A stretch of DNA of 58,675 nt from Planctomycetes bacterium HGW-Planctomycetes-1 (GCA_002839495.1 PGYD01000003.1:1-58675), one strand, 5' to 3'; shown: positions 28,239 to 37,375, counted from the stretch's first letter. Made by a program: numbers and translations. Notes: a model not told the origin generated them from the sequence alone.

Positions 28239-29366
28239 CTAACCCCTTGACCTTATTCCCTTAAGGGCCATTTTTAGTTCTTCGACATTAGGAGCATACT
28301 GCAAAGCTGTCTTGAGGTCAATCCAATCGCCCTCGACAAGACTCCGCAGGCTTTCGATAAAGTCGAGCATTCCGTCGCTTTCACCTGTTTTTATGATGCT
28401 GATGACCTCGGTTTCATGGCCGTCCGCTATGAGATTTCTGACGACAGGCGTGGCAATCATGATTTCAACGGCCGGGATTCTTGGTGTCGTCTTTTTCAAG
28501 CCTGCTAAAAGCATCTGGGTTATGACGGCTCTGAGCACATTGGCGAGGGTCTGTCTTGCAAGACCCCTTTCCTCCGGCGGAAACAGGTCAACAAGTCTCT
28601 GTATAGCCTGTATTCCATTTGCGGCGTTGACGGTGCCGAATACGAGTTTGCCGGTTTCGGCGGCTCTTATCGCGGCCGTAATGGTTTCCTTTTCCTGCAG
28701 CTCGCCGATTAGAACCACATCGGGATCCTGCCTTTTCAATGACTTAAGAGCATCTTCATAATCTCTGACGTCAAGGCCGATTTCCCGCTGCGAAACAATC
28801 GCTTTTTGGTCTACATAAATAAACTCAAGCGGGTCTTCTATAGTGATTATATGACAGGGACGGGTACTATTGATGTGGTTAATCATCGAGGCTATTGTGG
28901 TACTTTTTCCGCATCCGCCCGGACCGCCAACGAGAATGAGCCCCTCGTGGGATTTATCGGCAATAGCTTTAATTGAAGGGGGCAGATGGAGCGATTCGAA
29001 AGGAGGAATCGCCGACACTATTCTTCTTGCCGAAAGACTGATTTTGGACCGCTGTCTGAAGACATTCACTCTGAATCTGTCGGCCTGGCCGACTTCGTAG
29101 GCGAAGTCGAGCGAGCCGTTTTCGAGCAGGAACTGTTTTTGTTTGTCGTTTAGAATCTGAAAAACGAGCTTTTCGATTTTTTCTTCGGTCATCACTTCCG
29201 CGGTGGTGTCTTTTATGTCCTTATTTACCCGCAATTTAAGAGAATGGCCGACCTTCAAATGCAGGTCGCTGGCCTGTGCCTTTATGGCGGCTTTGAAATA
29301 CCTGTTAATCTCCGGTTCTACTTCTAAATGTATCTGGCTGTCAATCGGTTGTGTCTTCTCAGACAT
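28239..29366 (-). CDS. PilT/PilU-family ATPase
   Basis: ASDLHL, RFRVNVFRQR, GPGGCGKSTT, TIEDPLE, QREIG, RQDPDVVLIGE. Start at MSEKT (29366) with a GGAG SD. Confidence 0.88.
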   Translation of the reverse strand: MSEKTQPIDSQIHLEVEPEINRYFKAAIKAQASDLHLKVGHSLKLRVNKDIKDTTAEVMTEEKIEKLVFQILNDKQKQFLLENGSLDFAYEVGQADRFRVNVFRQRSKISLSARRIVSAIPPFESLHLPPSIKAIADKSHEGLILVGGPGGCGKSTTIASMINHINSTRPCHIITIEDPLEFIYVDQKAIVSQREIGLDVRDYEDALKSLKRQDPDVVLIGELQEKETITAAIRAAETGKLVFGTVNAANGIQAIQRLVDLFPPEERGLARQTLANVLRAVITQMLLAGLKKTTPRIPAVEIMIATPVVRNLIADGHETEVISIIKTGESDGMLDFIESLRSLVEGDWIDLKTALQYAPNVEELKMALKGIRSRG

Positions 29367-29468
29367 TGTACGCTCCAACTTATAACTATTTGTCAAAAAA
29401 ATAGTTATGATAATCACTAACTGCGGTCTAAGGCCCGCCGCACAGGCTCAGGCTGATTTGAATACTAT

Positions 29469-29497
29469 ATTGTACAATGAATATAAGTTATTGTCAA
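29469..29497 (-). promoter_or_regulatory. near-consensus sigma70 promoter of the pilT-like operon
   Basis: Minus strand TTGACA-N17-TACAAT. Confidence 0.7.
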
Positions 29498-29533
29498 TAA
29501 GGAGGCAAGGAAATATGGCATAAGGATAGTTTG

Positions 29534-29562
29534 TTGACGTTCCTGCCGCATTACCCTATAAT
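29534..29562 (+). promoter_or_regulatory. near-consensus sigma70 promoter of the hisS operon
   Basis: TTGACG-N17-TATAAT. Confidence 0.7.
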
Positions 29563-29585
29563 CCGGTTGTTTTTCAGGTGTTATT

Positions 29586-30872
29586 ATGGAAATTCAATCG
29601 GTAAAAGGGACAAGAGATTTTTATCCGGAGGATATGGCTAAACGCAATTTTATAGCCGACCTCTGGAAGCAGGTATCGTTGCGCAACGGCTTTTCCGAAT
29701 ATGACGGGCCGATATTCGAGTACCTTGCAATGTACCAACTCAAAAGCGGCGATGAAATCGCGACGCAGCTTTTCGCGTTCGAGGACCGAGGCGAAAGAAA
29801 GCTCGCTATCCGTCCTGAAATTACACCGACTCTTGCCCGTATGGTCAACCAGAGAATCAATACTCTGCCAAGACCTATAAAGTGGTTCTCAGTGCCGAGA
29901 TTGTGCAGGGCGGAGCGTCCGCAAAAAGGCAGACTTAGAGAATTTTTTCAGTGGAATATCGACATCATCGGCGTTGACGATTGCCTTGCGGATGCGGAGG
30001 TTATTTTCTGCTCGGTCGATTACCTGATGCAAACAGGCCTTACGAGCGATGATGTAGTCGTCAGGATTTCGAGCAGAAGGCTTATAGCGGCGATGCTCGA
30101 ATATTTCGGCATAGAAGAAAAGCATCTCGAAAAAGTTTATGGCATTCTTGATAAGAAAAGCAAAATGCCGCAGGAAACCTTCGAAAAAATGCTCGAAGAG
30201 GCAATTTCCGATTCGAATAAGCGTCAAAAAGTGCTGAACCTTATGGCGGTTGAGTCTCTGGTAGAGTTTGAGAGTTTCGCAGGGGCCGACAAAAATGCAA
30301 ACGAGGCGATCGAAGAGCTTAAAAAGCTGTTTAATTATCTTAATATAATGGGTATTTCTGAATTTTGCAGATTCGACATAGGTATTGTCAGGGGGCTTGC
30401 CTATTATACGGGCATAGTTTTCGAGATTTATGACAAATCCGAGCAACTGCGGGCGATTTGCGGCGGCGGCAGGTACGACAACCTGCTTGCGGATTTCGGC
30501 GGACAGAAAATCAGCGCAACCGGTATGGGTATGGGCGATTGTGTTCTCGGGATTGTGCTTGAAGAAAAAGGACTGTTTAAAAATCTTTCGCAAAAAAGCG
30601 GTATAGAATATTTTGTCGCCTTTGCCGAAGAGTCTTTACAGAACGAATCGTTAAAAATTATCGCCAGACTCCGCAGGGCCGGACGCAAGGCAGACTTCAG
30701 TTATAAAGGCGGCTCATTGGGCAAGCAGCTCAAGCAGGCTTCCGCGGTCAATGCGGCGATATGTGTAATAGTCGGCGAGGAATTTACACAGAAAAAACAG
30801 CTTGTAATTAAGGATATGAACAGCGGCAAACAGGATATTATCGCGGTGGAAGATTTCTTCAGCCGACTTTAG
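29586..30872 (+). CDS. hisS: histidine--tRNA ligase
   Basis: KGTRDF, RPEITP, ERPQKGRLREF, VRGLAYYTG, GGGRYD. Confidence 0.97.
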   Translation: MEIQSVKGTRDFYPEDMAKRNFIADLWKQVSLRNGFSEYDGPIFEYLAMYQLKSGDEIATQLFAFEDRGERKLAIRPEITPTLARMVNQRINTLPRPIKWFSVPRLCRAERPQKGRLREFFQWNIDIIGVDDCLADAEVIFCSVDYLMQTGLTSDDVVVRISSRRLIAAMLEYFGIEEKHLEKVYGILDKKSKMPQETFEKMLEEAISDSNKRQKVLNLMAVESLVEFESFAGADKNANEAIEELKKLFNYLNIMGISEFCRFDIGIVRGLAYYTGIVFEIYDKSEQLRAICGGGRYDNLLADFGGQKISATGMGMGDCVLGIVLEEKGLFKNLSQKSGIEYFVAFAEESLQNESLKIIARLRRAGRKADFSYKGGSLGKQLKQASAVNAAICVIVGEEFTQKKQLVIKDMNSGKQDIIAVEDFFSRL

Positions 30873-30881
30873 GAAAAATGG

Positions 30882-31427
30882 ATGGCGCAAATTGCCGGTA
30901 ATCATTATGAAAAGGCATTTGAAAGCTGGCTGAAGGATAACGGGATTCAATATCTCCTTGTTGACCAGCGGAAACGGACGGCGTTTTCGAGGAGCAAAAT
31001 CAAAAGTTTCGACTTCCTTTTTTATCCGCCGAAGGCGGACTCGCCCGATTCGAACGCTTATATAGCGGAGATAAAAGGGCGTAAATTTTCGGGTAAAACT
31101 TTTACCGCTTTTGGAAGTCTGCCGAACTGGGTAACTCTTGACGATGTTAAAGGGCTTGAGAACTGGGTCGAAATATTCGGCGGCCGATATCAGGGGTTAT
31201 TCGTCTTTGCCTACGAGCTTGAGAATATCGATGTAGATACCGACGGCAGAGAAATTTACGAATACCTTGGCAGACGATATGTATTTGCCGCTATTAGGCT
31301 TAGCGATTACAAGAAAGGGGCGGCCAGACGGAGTGAAAAATGGCAAACCGTGCATTTGTCTGCGGAATTTTATAAAAATTGTATTATCGATGCGGACGAA
31401 TTGATTTGCAGAAAGGTTAGATTGTGA
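30882..31427 (+). CDS. HYExAFE family protein (PD-(D/E)xK-like)
   Basis: NHYEKAFE, KSFDF and AEIKGRK motifs. Confidence 0.85.
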   Translation: MAQIAGNHYEKAFESWLKDNGIQYLLVDQRKRTAFSRSKIKSFDFLFYPPKADSPDSNAYIAEIKGRKFSGKTFTAFGSLPNWVTLDDVKGLENWVEIFGGRYQGLFVFAYELENIDVDTDGREIYEYLGRRYVFAAIRLSDYKKGAARRSEKWQTVHLSAEFYKNCIIDADELICRKVRL

Positions 31428-31540
31428 ATCCCGCACCTTCTAAATATTTCAGTGAATAAAACAAGGCACTTAAGGACTTAAAGATTTATATATGGGATAT
31501 AGCGAAGTTAAAAACGAAATTAAAGAAGGTGCGGGATGAA
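31425..31540. mobile_element. 108-bp MITE-like element with 13-bp TIRs and TGAA duplication
   Basis: TGAA-TCCCGCACCTTCT (31429-31441) ... AGAAGGTGCGGGA (31524-31536)-TGAA. Confidence 0.75.
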
Positions 31541-32522
31541 CGACAAGGTCGCACAAATTGCACAAGAAATATTAGACGGCAAAATCATCGACAGGGCCGA
31601 GATAAAATATCTTTTTTCACTTGGCGATGAAGATTTTGATGACCTGCTGTATTGGGCGAATCGAATACGCGAAAAGTTTTTCGGCAAAAAAGTGAAAGTC
31701 TGTTCAATAGTCCCCGGCAGGCTCGGCGGATGCAGTCAGGACTGTAAGTTCTGCGCGCAATCTTCAAGATATGAAACATCGTTTAAGAAAACCGAAACGC
31801 TCAGCGATGAGGAAATTTTAAGAGCCGCAAAAAAGGCCAAAGAAAAAGGCGTGCCGAACTTCGGCATAGTTTACAGCGGCAAAACCATCAGCGAAGAAGA
31901 GCTGGCAAGACTTGAAAAGCTGATTGCGAAAATCAAGAACGAAATCGGTATCGGCGTTTGCGGAGGGTTCGGAATAATCAGTTATGAACAAGCTGCCAGA
32001 TTAAAAAAAGCGGGAATGTCGAGATATAACCATAATCTTGAGACTTCACGGAATCATTTTAAGGATATTGTAACGACACACGATTACGATTCGCGCATCG
32101 AGACGGTAAAAGCGGCCAAAAAGGCCGGACTTGGGTTGTGTACAGGAGGTTTATTTGGTATCGGTGAAGAAGATTGCGATAGAATCGATATGGCGATGGA
32201 ATTGCGAGAACTTGACGTTGATATGGTGCCGATGAATTTTCTGCATCCGATAGCAGGCACACCATTGGGCGAATTGCCGACTATGCAGCCGCGGCAAATT
32301 CTGCAATTGCTCGCTTTATACCGTTTTATTTTGCCGAAGGTTCATATAAAAGCGGCCGGCGGCAGGGCATTAAATCTGCGAGATATGCAAAGCTGGATTT
32401 TTTACGCCGGTGCTACGGCAATAATCAGCGGCGATTATCTTACAACAGCAGGCAGGGCGGTTGAAGATGATTTGCGAATGATAAAAGATTTAGGTCTTGA
32501 GGCGGATGTGGTATGCGGATAA
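31536..32522 (+). CDS. bioB: biotin synthase
   Basis: CSQDCKFCAQS, YNHNLET, GLCTGGLFG, VPMNFL, GDYLTT. Confidence 0.95.
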   Translation: MNDKVAQIAQEILDGKIIDRAEIKYLFSLGDEDFDDLLYWANRIREKFFGKKVKVCSIVPGRLGGCSQDCKFCAQSSRYETSFKKTETLSDEEILRAAKKAKEKGVPNFGIVYSGKTISEEELARLEKLIAKIKNEIGIGVCGGFGIISYEQAARLKKAGMSRYNHNLETSRNHFKDIVTTHDYDSRIETVKAAKKAGLGLCTGGLFGIGEEDCDRIDMAMELRELDVDMVPMNFLHPIAGTPLGELPTMQPRQILQLLALYRFILPKVHIKAAGGRALNLRDMQSWIFYAGATAIISGDYLTTAGRAVEDDLRMIKDLGLEADVVCG

Positions 32523-33199
32523 TTGCCGGCACAAAACGGGGAATGACAATTCTGCCGCCGAAAGGCGATAAGACCCGGCCGATAACCGACCGTATCAAAG
32601 AATCCATATTCGATGTGCTGTATAAGTATAATCTTATAGAAGACCGAATCGTTGCGGATTTGTTTTGCGGCACAGGCTCGTTCGGACTTGAGGCTTTGAG
32701 CAGGGGAGCCAAAGAAGCGATTTTCATTGATACCGACAGAAAAGCGATAGAAATTCTCAGAAAAAACATTGCCAAAACGGGTTTTACAGCTCAATCAAAA
32801 GTTGTTTGCGCAAATGCGTTTAAGGTTGGAGCTCCAGCAGGTGCGGGACAAAAATGTTCGCTTGTTTTTGTTGACCCGCCTTATGTAATGAGCAGGGAAA
32901 CCGACGCCAATTCCCGTCTGGCAGGGCTTTTGGAACTTTTGGCCGTTCAGCTTGCCGATGATGGATTGGTTGTAGTTAGAACGGAAAAAAAGATAAACCC
33001 CGTTAGAGACAAGGTGTCAAAGATACCTGACAGCCGTCATAAACGGCCTGTCTCTAACGGGGTAAATCTTCTCGACAGTTACGGCTCTTTGAGGATAATT
33101 GATAAGAGAATATGGAGTACAATGACAGTAACTTTTCTGGTGTTGAGGAAAAATGACCGGCAAACAGGCGGCAATACAGATAATTCGCAAACTGCGTAA
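32513..33199 (+). CDS. rsmD: 16S rRNA m2G966 methyltransferase RsmD, carrying a 23-aa in-frame insertion
   Basis: MRIIAG, TRPITDRIKESIF, DLFCGTGSFGLEALSRGA, DPPY. Confidence 0.93.
   Translation: MRIIAGTKRGMTILPPKGDKTRPITDRIKESIFDVLYKYNLIEDRIVADLFCGTGSFGLEALSRGAKEAIFIDTDRKAIEILRKNIAKTGFTAQSKVVCANAFKVGAPAGAGQKCSLVFVDPPYVMSRETDANSRLAGLLELLAVQLADDGLVVVRTEKKINPVRDKVSKIPDSRHKRPVSNGVNLLDSYGSLRIIDKRIWSTMTVTFLVLRKNDRQTGGNTDNSQTA
32994..33066. mobile_element. 65-bp MITE-like palindromic element with 14-bp TIRs and TAAA duplication, in frame in rsmD
   Basis: TAAA-CCCCGTTAGAGACA (32998-33011) ... TGTCTCTAACGGGG (33049-33062)-TAAA, with two internal hairpins. Confidence 0.85.
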
Positions 33200-34364
33200 A
33201 GCGGGTTTTGAGGCTTTATTGGCAGGCGGCTGCGTGCGCGATATGCTCTGCGGCAAAAAGCCCAAGGACTACGATGTCGTTACCGGCGCAAAACCTGCCG
33301 AGGTTTGCAGATTGTTTCGCAGGACGATTAAGGTCGGCGCAAAATTCGGCGTAATTATCGTGCTTGCGGATAAGCATCAGATTGAAGTCGCCACATTCAG
33401 AGCCGAGACGGGATACAGCGACGGCAGACGGCCGGACAATGTCAGTTTTACCTGTGCCAAAGAAGATGCCCTGCGGAGAGACTTTACAATAAATGGTATG
33501 TTTTACGACCCGCTGAAAAAAGATGTTATCGATTATGTCGGCGGCAGGAGAGATTTGAAGAAAAAAACAATAAGGACCATCGGCAAACCCGCTGAAAGGT
33601 TCAGCGAAGATTATTTGAGAATGCTCAGAGCTGTTCGTTTTTCCGCCCAGCTTGATTTTAAGGTCGAAAAGAATACTTTAAACGCGGTAAGAAAATACTC
33701 CACGAATATCGTAAAAATCAGCGGCGAGAGAATCGCTATGGAGCTTGAGTCGCTTTTCGCCGCTGCGAAACGACAAAAAGGCGTAAAACTGCTTATTGAA
33801 ACAGGTCTTGCGAAGAAAATCTTTCCGATTTTTAAAAGCAAATCGAAAGCTCAATTCGCAGTAAAGGTTTTCGAGTTTTTGCCGAGGCAGATAACGTTTG
33901 AACTTGCCGTTGCGGCCTTTTTTGCGGGCTGCGATAGCGGCGAGGCAATGAAAAATCTGGAGATTTTAAAGCTCAGCAGAACTCAGTTGAAGTATATAAA
34001 ATTCCTGCTCGAAAAAAGGGATTATCTGCTGGGCGATTTATCTCTTGCCCAGCTTAAAATGATTGTTTCAGAACCTTATTTTGAGGATTTATATCTGCTG
34101 CAAAAGGCGATTCGAAAGGCTGAAAAAAAGGGCCTTTCGGCACTTTCGGCGGTTCGCAGAAGGGCAAAGGCTTTGGCCGGTAAGGAATTAAGACCTAAGC
34201 CGATGCTTAACGGTTATGAAATTATTCGGCTCGGCGCAAAACCCGGCCCGCAGGTAGGGCTTGTCGCGAAAGAGCTTTATATTGAGCAGCTTTCCGAAAG
34301 AATTACCGATAAACAAAGGGCTGTAAGTTGGGTAAAAGACTGGCTGAAAAAACACAAGAGCTGA
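33153..34364 (+). CDS. cca: CCA tRNA nucleotidyltransferase
   Basis: GGCVRD, DYD, RRDFTIN and EDYLRMLRAVRF template motif. None of the four tRNA genes here encodes CCA. Confidence 0.85.
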   Translation: MTGKQAAIQIIRKLRKAGFEALLAGGCVRDMLCGKKPKDYDVVTGAKPAEVCRLFRRTIKVGAKFGVIIVLADKHQIEVATFRAETGYSDGRRPDNVSFTCAKEDALRRDFTINGMFYDPLKKDVIDYVGGRRDLKKKTIRTIGKPAERFSEDYLRMLRAVRFSAQLDFKVEKNTLNAVRKYSTNIVKISGERIAMELESLFAAAKRQKGVKLLIETGLAKKIFPIFKSKSKAQFAVKVFEFLPRQITFELAVAAFFAGCDSGEAMKNLEILKLSRTQLKYIKFLLEKRDYLLGDLSLAQLKMIVSEPYFEDLYLLQKAIRKAEKKGLSALSAVRRRAKALAGKELRPKPMLNGYEIIRLGAKPGPQVGLVAKELYIEQLSERITDKQRAVSWVKDWLKKHKS

Positions 34365-34407
34365 CCTTGCAAAGGTGGTCTTTTTGTGTTATTATAGTTT
34401 TTGATAC

Positions 34408-34480
<73 letters not shown>

Positions 34481-34864
34481 TTTTATATCCAATTGAAATC
34501 AAATAGTTTATAATAGCTTCTTTCAATCTCAATCAGATGTTAAACTACACTTTTGGTGCTTATCTATTCCAAAATATATCACAGTTTTTTTGTTTTTGAC
34601 AAAAACGAAAATAATGCGATAAATTATGTATTTGTCAGATAGTTATGTTTAGGATTCTAATGACTGATTCCGATTATTCACCTGTTAATCCTTTGCCAGG
34701 TTTAGTACAAGAATACATCTTACAGCGAATTATATGATTAAGCATATTCAAGACAATCAGTTAAATCTTGCGGTATCTGCGATTAACGTTGATTCACAAT
34801 ATTCATCTCAAGTACTTGCGCTATGTAACAAAAAATATGCGGATATATTACCGGGGGAACGAAT

Positions 34865-35803
34865 ATGCTAAGAGTGATTTCCAAGCAACGCAAAACGAAT
34901 TTTCTTACGCCATCTGGTTTGCGCTGTTTGGCGAATTTGCCTACTGTGAATATTTCAGCAGGTTGCGTTCACAATTGCGTTTACTGTTACACTAAAGGGT
35001 ATTCGATTTATCCCGGCGACAATTCAATCGAAGTTTACGAGAACATGGCAGAGGAGATTGCTAACGAGATCAAACGAAAACGAAAAAAACCTACAGCGGT
35101 TTATTTTTGTCCTTCCTGCGACCCATTTCAACTGGTTCCAGAAGTTCAGCAGATTACTTTTGAGGTAATGAAGATTCTTTTAGAAAATGATATAGGCGTT
35201 CAATTTGTGACTAAAGGAAGTATGCCAGAAGAAATCTTTGATTTATTTGAAAAACATAGTTCGAAAATAGCCGGCCAAATCGGATTGATATCTGTAGATG
35301 AAAAAATCTTGAATATATTCGAACCTAACGCTGCAAATGTATATCAGAGACTTAAACAGCTTGGAAAGCTTGTAAAAATCGGAGTTAAAATGTCCGCGCG
35401 TTGCGACCCAATGATATATGGCCTTACTGATACAAATGAACAATTACAGAATTTATTTTCAGCGGTTGCCAAAACGGGGTGCAGGAAAACCGCGGTTAGC
35501 TTTCTTTTTTTACGACCCGCAATTACTGCCAGTCTCAAAAAGAATATTGTCGATAAAAATATTCTTAATGAAATTTTGAAACCTTTTTCAAAAAGTGTTT
35601 GTTTGCCGATTGGTATTAAAAATTCCACAGGGGCTGTTTTGCCTGTAGAAATCAGGAAAACAACTTTTGGAAAAATCAGGAAAACAGCGAATGATTTTGG
35701 TATCAAAACACACATATGTGGCTGCAAGAACTGTGATATCACAAGAGATAGCTGTTATATTACCCGTGAGCTTAATTCCCAAGAATGTTTATTTCCAAAA
35801 TAA
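34865..35803 (+). CDS. SPL-like (spore photoproduct lyase / DNA-repair type) radical SAM protein
   Basis: GCVHNCVYCY, CDPFQ, FVTKG, FEPNAA...RL; AT-rich. Confidence 0.8.
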   Translation: MLRVISKQRKTNFLTPSGLRCLANLPTVNISAGCVHNCVYCYTKGYSIYPGDNSIEVYENMAEEIANEIKRKRKKPTAVYFCPSCDPFQLVPEVQQITFEVMKILLENDIGVQFVTKGSMPEEIFDLFEKHSSKIAGQIGLISVDEKILNIFEPNAANVYQRLKQLGKLVKIGVKMSARCDPMIYGLTDTNEQLQNLFSAVAKTGCRKTAVSFLFLRPAITASLKKNIVDKNILNEILKPFSKSVCLPIGIKNSTGAVLPVEIRKTTFGKIRKTANDFGIKTHICGCKNCDITRDSCYITRELNSQECLFPK

Positions 35804-35855
35804 ATTGCCGCCGTGGTGTCAGACTCATAAGTGCCATTCCTGAAAGAGCGAAGAA

Positions 35856-35921
<66 letters not shown>

Positions 35922-35943
<22 letters not shown>

Positions 35944-36731
35944 GAAATACCAATATTATGCCAAAGAATTACTTTTATGCCTTCCTGTCTTAAATAACTT
36001 TTAAGTTCAGGAATTTTAATAATATTAAAATGAAAGACCGATGCCGCCAGCAGTACCGTAGCGCCTGCCTTTGCGGCATCTGCAAAATGTTTCATTTCGC
36101 CTGCTCCGCCTGAAGCGACGATTTCGGCGCTTGTAGCATCTGCGATTGCCTTTATCAGCGGCAAATCATAGCCTGTCTTTGCACCGTCGGTTGCCTTGCT
36201 TGTCGGCAGAATGACTTTTACGCCGAATGAGTCGATTTTTTTCGCCCATTCGACGGCATCTGTGCCGGTAGCGGTTCTGCCGCCGTCGATATAGACTTCG
36301 TAGCCGCTGGGCAGTTTGGGATTTTTATCGACGTCAATGGCGACGGTTACTTTTTCTGCGCCGAACTGTTTTACCATTTCGGCAATCATATCAGGTTTTC
36401 GAAAGGCTGCGCTGCTCGTAGAAATTTTGTCTGCGCCGGCATCAAGAACGGCCTCGGCAGTTTTGAGGTCGCTGATTCCGCCGCCTACGGTGAACGGAAT
36501 AGTGGTAACAAACGCTACTTTTTTGACGACGTCGAGCATAGTGGCCCTGTTTTCGACGGTGGCGGTGATGTCGAGCATAGCCAGCTCATCGGCGCCGGCT
36601 TCGCAGTAGGCTTTTGCGCATTCGGCGGGGTCGCCGGCATCTTTTATATTGACAAAATGAACGCCTTTTACGACTCTGCCGTTCTGCATATCGAGGCAGG
36701 GCATAATTTTTACTTTTTTGTCATCTTGCAT
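35922..36731 (-). CDS. hisF: imidazole glycerol phosphate synthase cyclase subunit
   Basis: PCLD...GRVVKG, FTVGGGI, GADKIS, ASGGAG, LAASVFH. Confidence 0.93.
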
Positions 36732-36742
36732 TGTTCACCTTT

Positions 36743-37219
36743 TCAAAATCCGTTGTCTTTGCGCTGCCTTTTTACACTGAAAAAGTCCTGCAGCAATTTC
36801 GAGCAGTCATCCGCAAGGACGCCTTTGGTTATTTCGAGCCTATGATTAAGGCGATTGTCCTGAACGATATTGTACAGGCTGCCGCAGGCGCCTGTTTTCG
36901 GGTCGTCGCAGCCGAAGACCAATCTATTGATTCTGGCCAGTACCAAAGCGCCGGCACACATAGGGCAGGGCTCTAATGTAACATAAATTGTGCAGTTAAG
37001 CAATCGCCAGTGTCCGATATGCTCGGCGGCGGCGGTTAATGCGATTATTTCAGCGTGAGCGGTCGGGTCGTTGAGCTGCTGACGCTGATTATAGCCCTTG
37101 GCGATTATTTTATTTTCGCAGACTATTACGGCGCCGACGGGCACATCGTCGTTTTCAAGAGCGATGTTTGCCTGGTCGATAGCGGCCCGCATAAAATGCT
37201 GGTCTTGTTTTTCGTCCAT
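36743..37219 (-). CDS. tadA: tRNA adenosine(34) deaminase
   Basis: [33 protein letters not shown]. Confidence 0.94.
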   Translation of the reverse strand: MDEKQDQHFMRAAIDQANIALENDDVPVGAVIVCENKIIAKGYNQRQQLNDPTAHAEIIALTAAAEHIGHWRLLNCTIYVTLEPCPMCAGALVLARINRLVFGCDDPKTGACGSLYNIVQDNRLNHRLEITKGVLADDCSKLLQDFFSVKRQRKDNGF

Positions 37220-37265
37220 TATCTAAAAGGGGAAAATAGGATTATCTATCTGCACAGTTTAAAAA

Positions 37266-37338
37266 TACCCCCAAGGGGAATCGAACCCCTGTTACCGGGA
37301 TGAGAACCCGGCGTCCTGGGCCGCTAGACGATGGGGGC
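37266..37338 (-). tRNA. tRNA-Glu(CTC)
   Basis: Minus strand GCCCCCATCGTCTAGCGG...CCGGG-TTCTCAT-CCCGG...GGTTCGATTCC. Confidence 0.95.
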
Positions 37339-37375
37339 CAAAACACATCGAAAATCGAAATCTAAAAATTAAAAA

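Noticed and set aside
29420-29460. GC-rich stem in the pilT-like leader as a c-di-GMP riboswitch
   Set aside because: Lacks the recognisable class I or class II consensus elements.
34768-34995. 75-aa ORF overlapping the radical SAM start
   Set aside because: TTG start with no SD and a 131-nt out-of-frame overlap with a well-supported gene.
34481-35855. Prophage or integrative element at tRNA-Ala/tRNA-Ser
   Set aside because: No integrase and no duplicated tRNA 3' end found; reported only as an islet.
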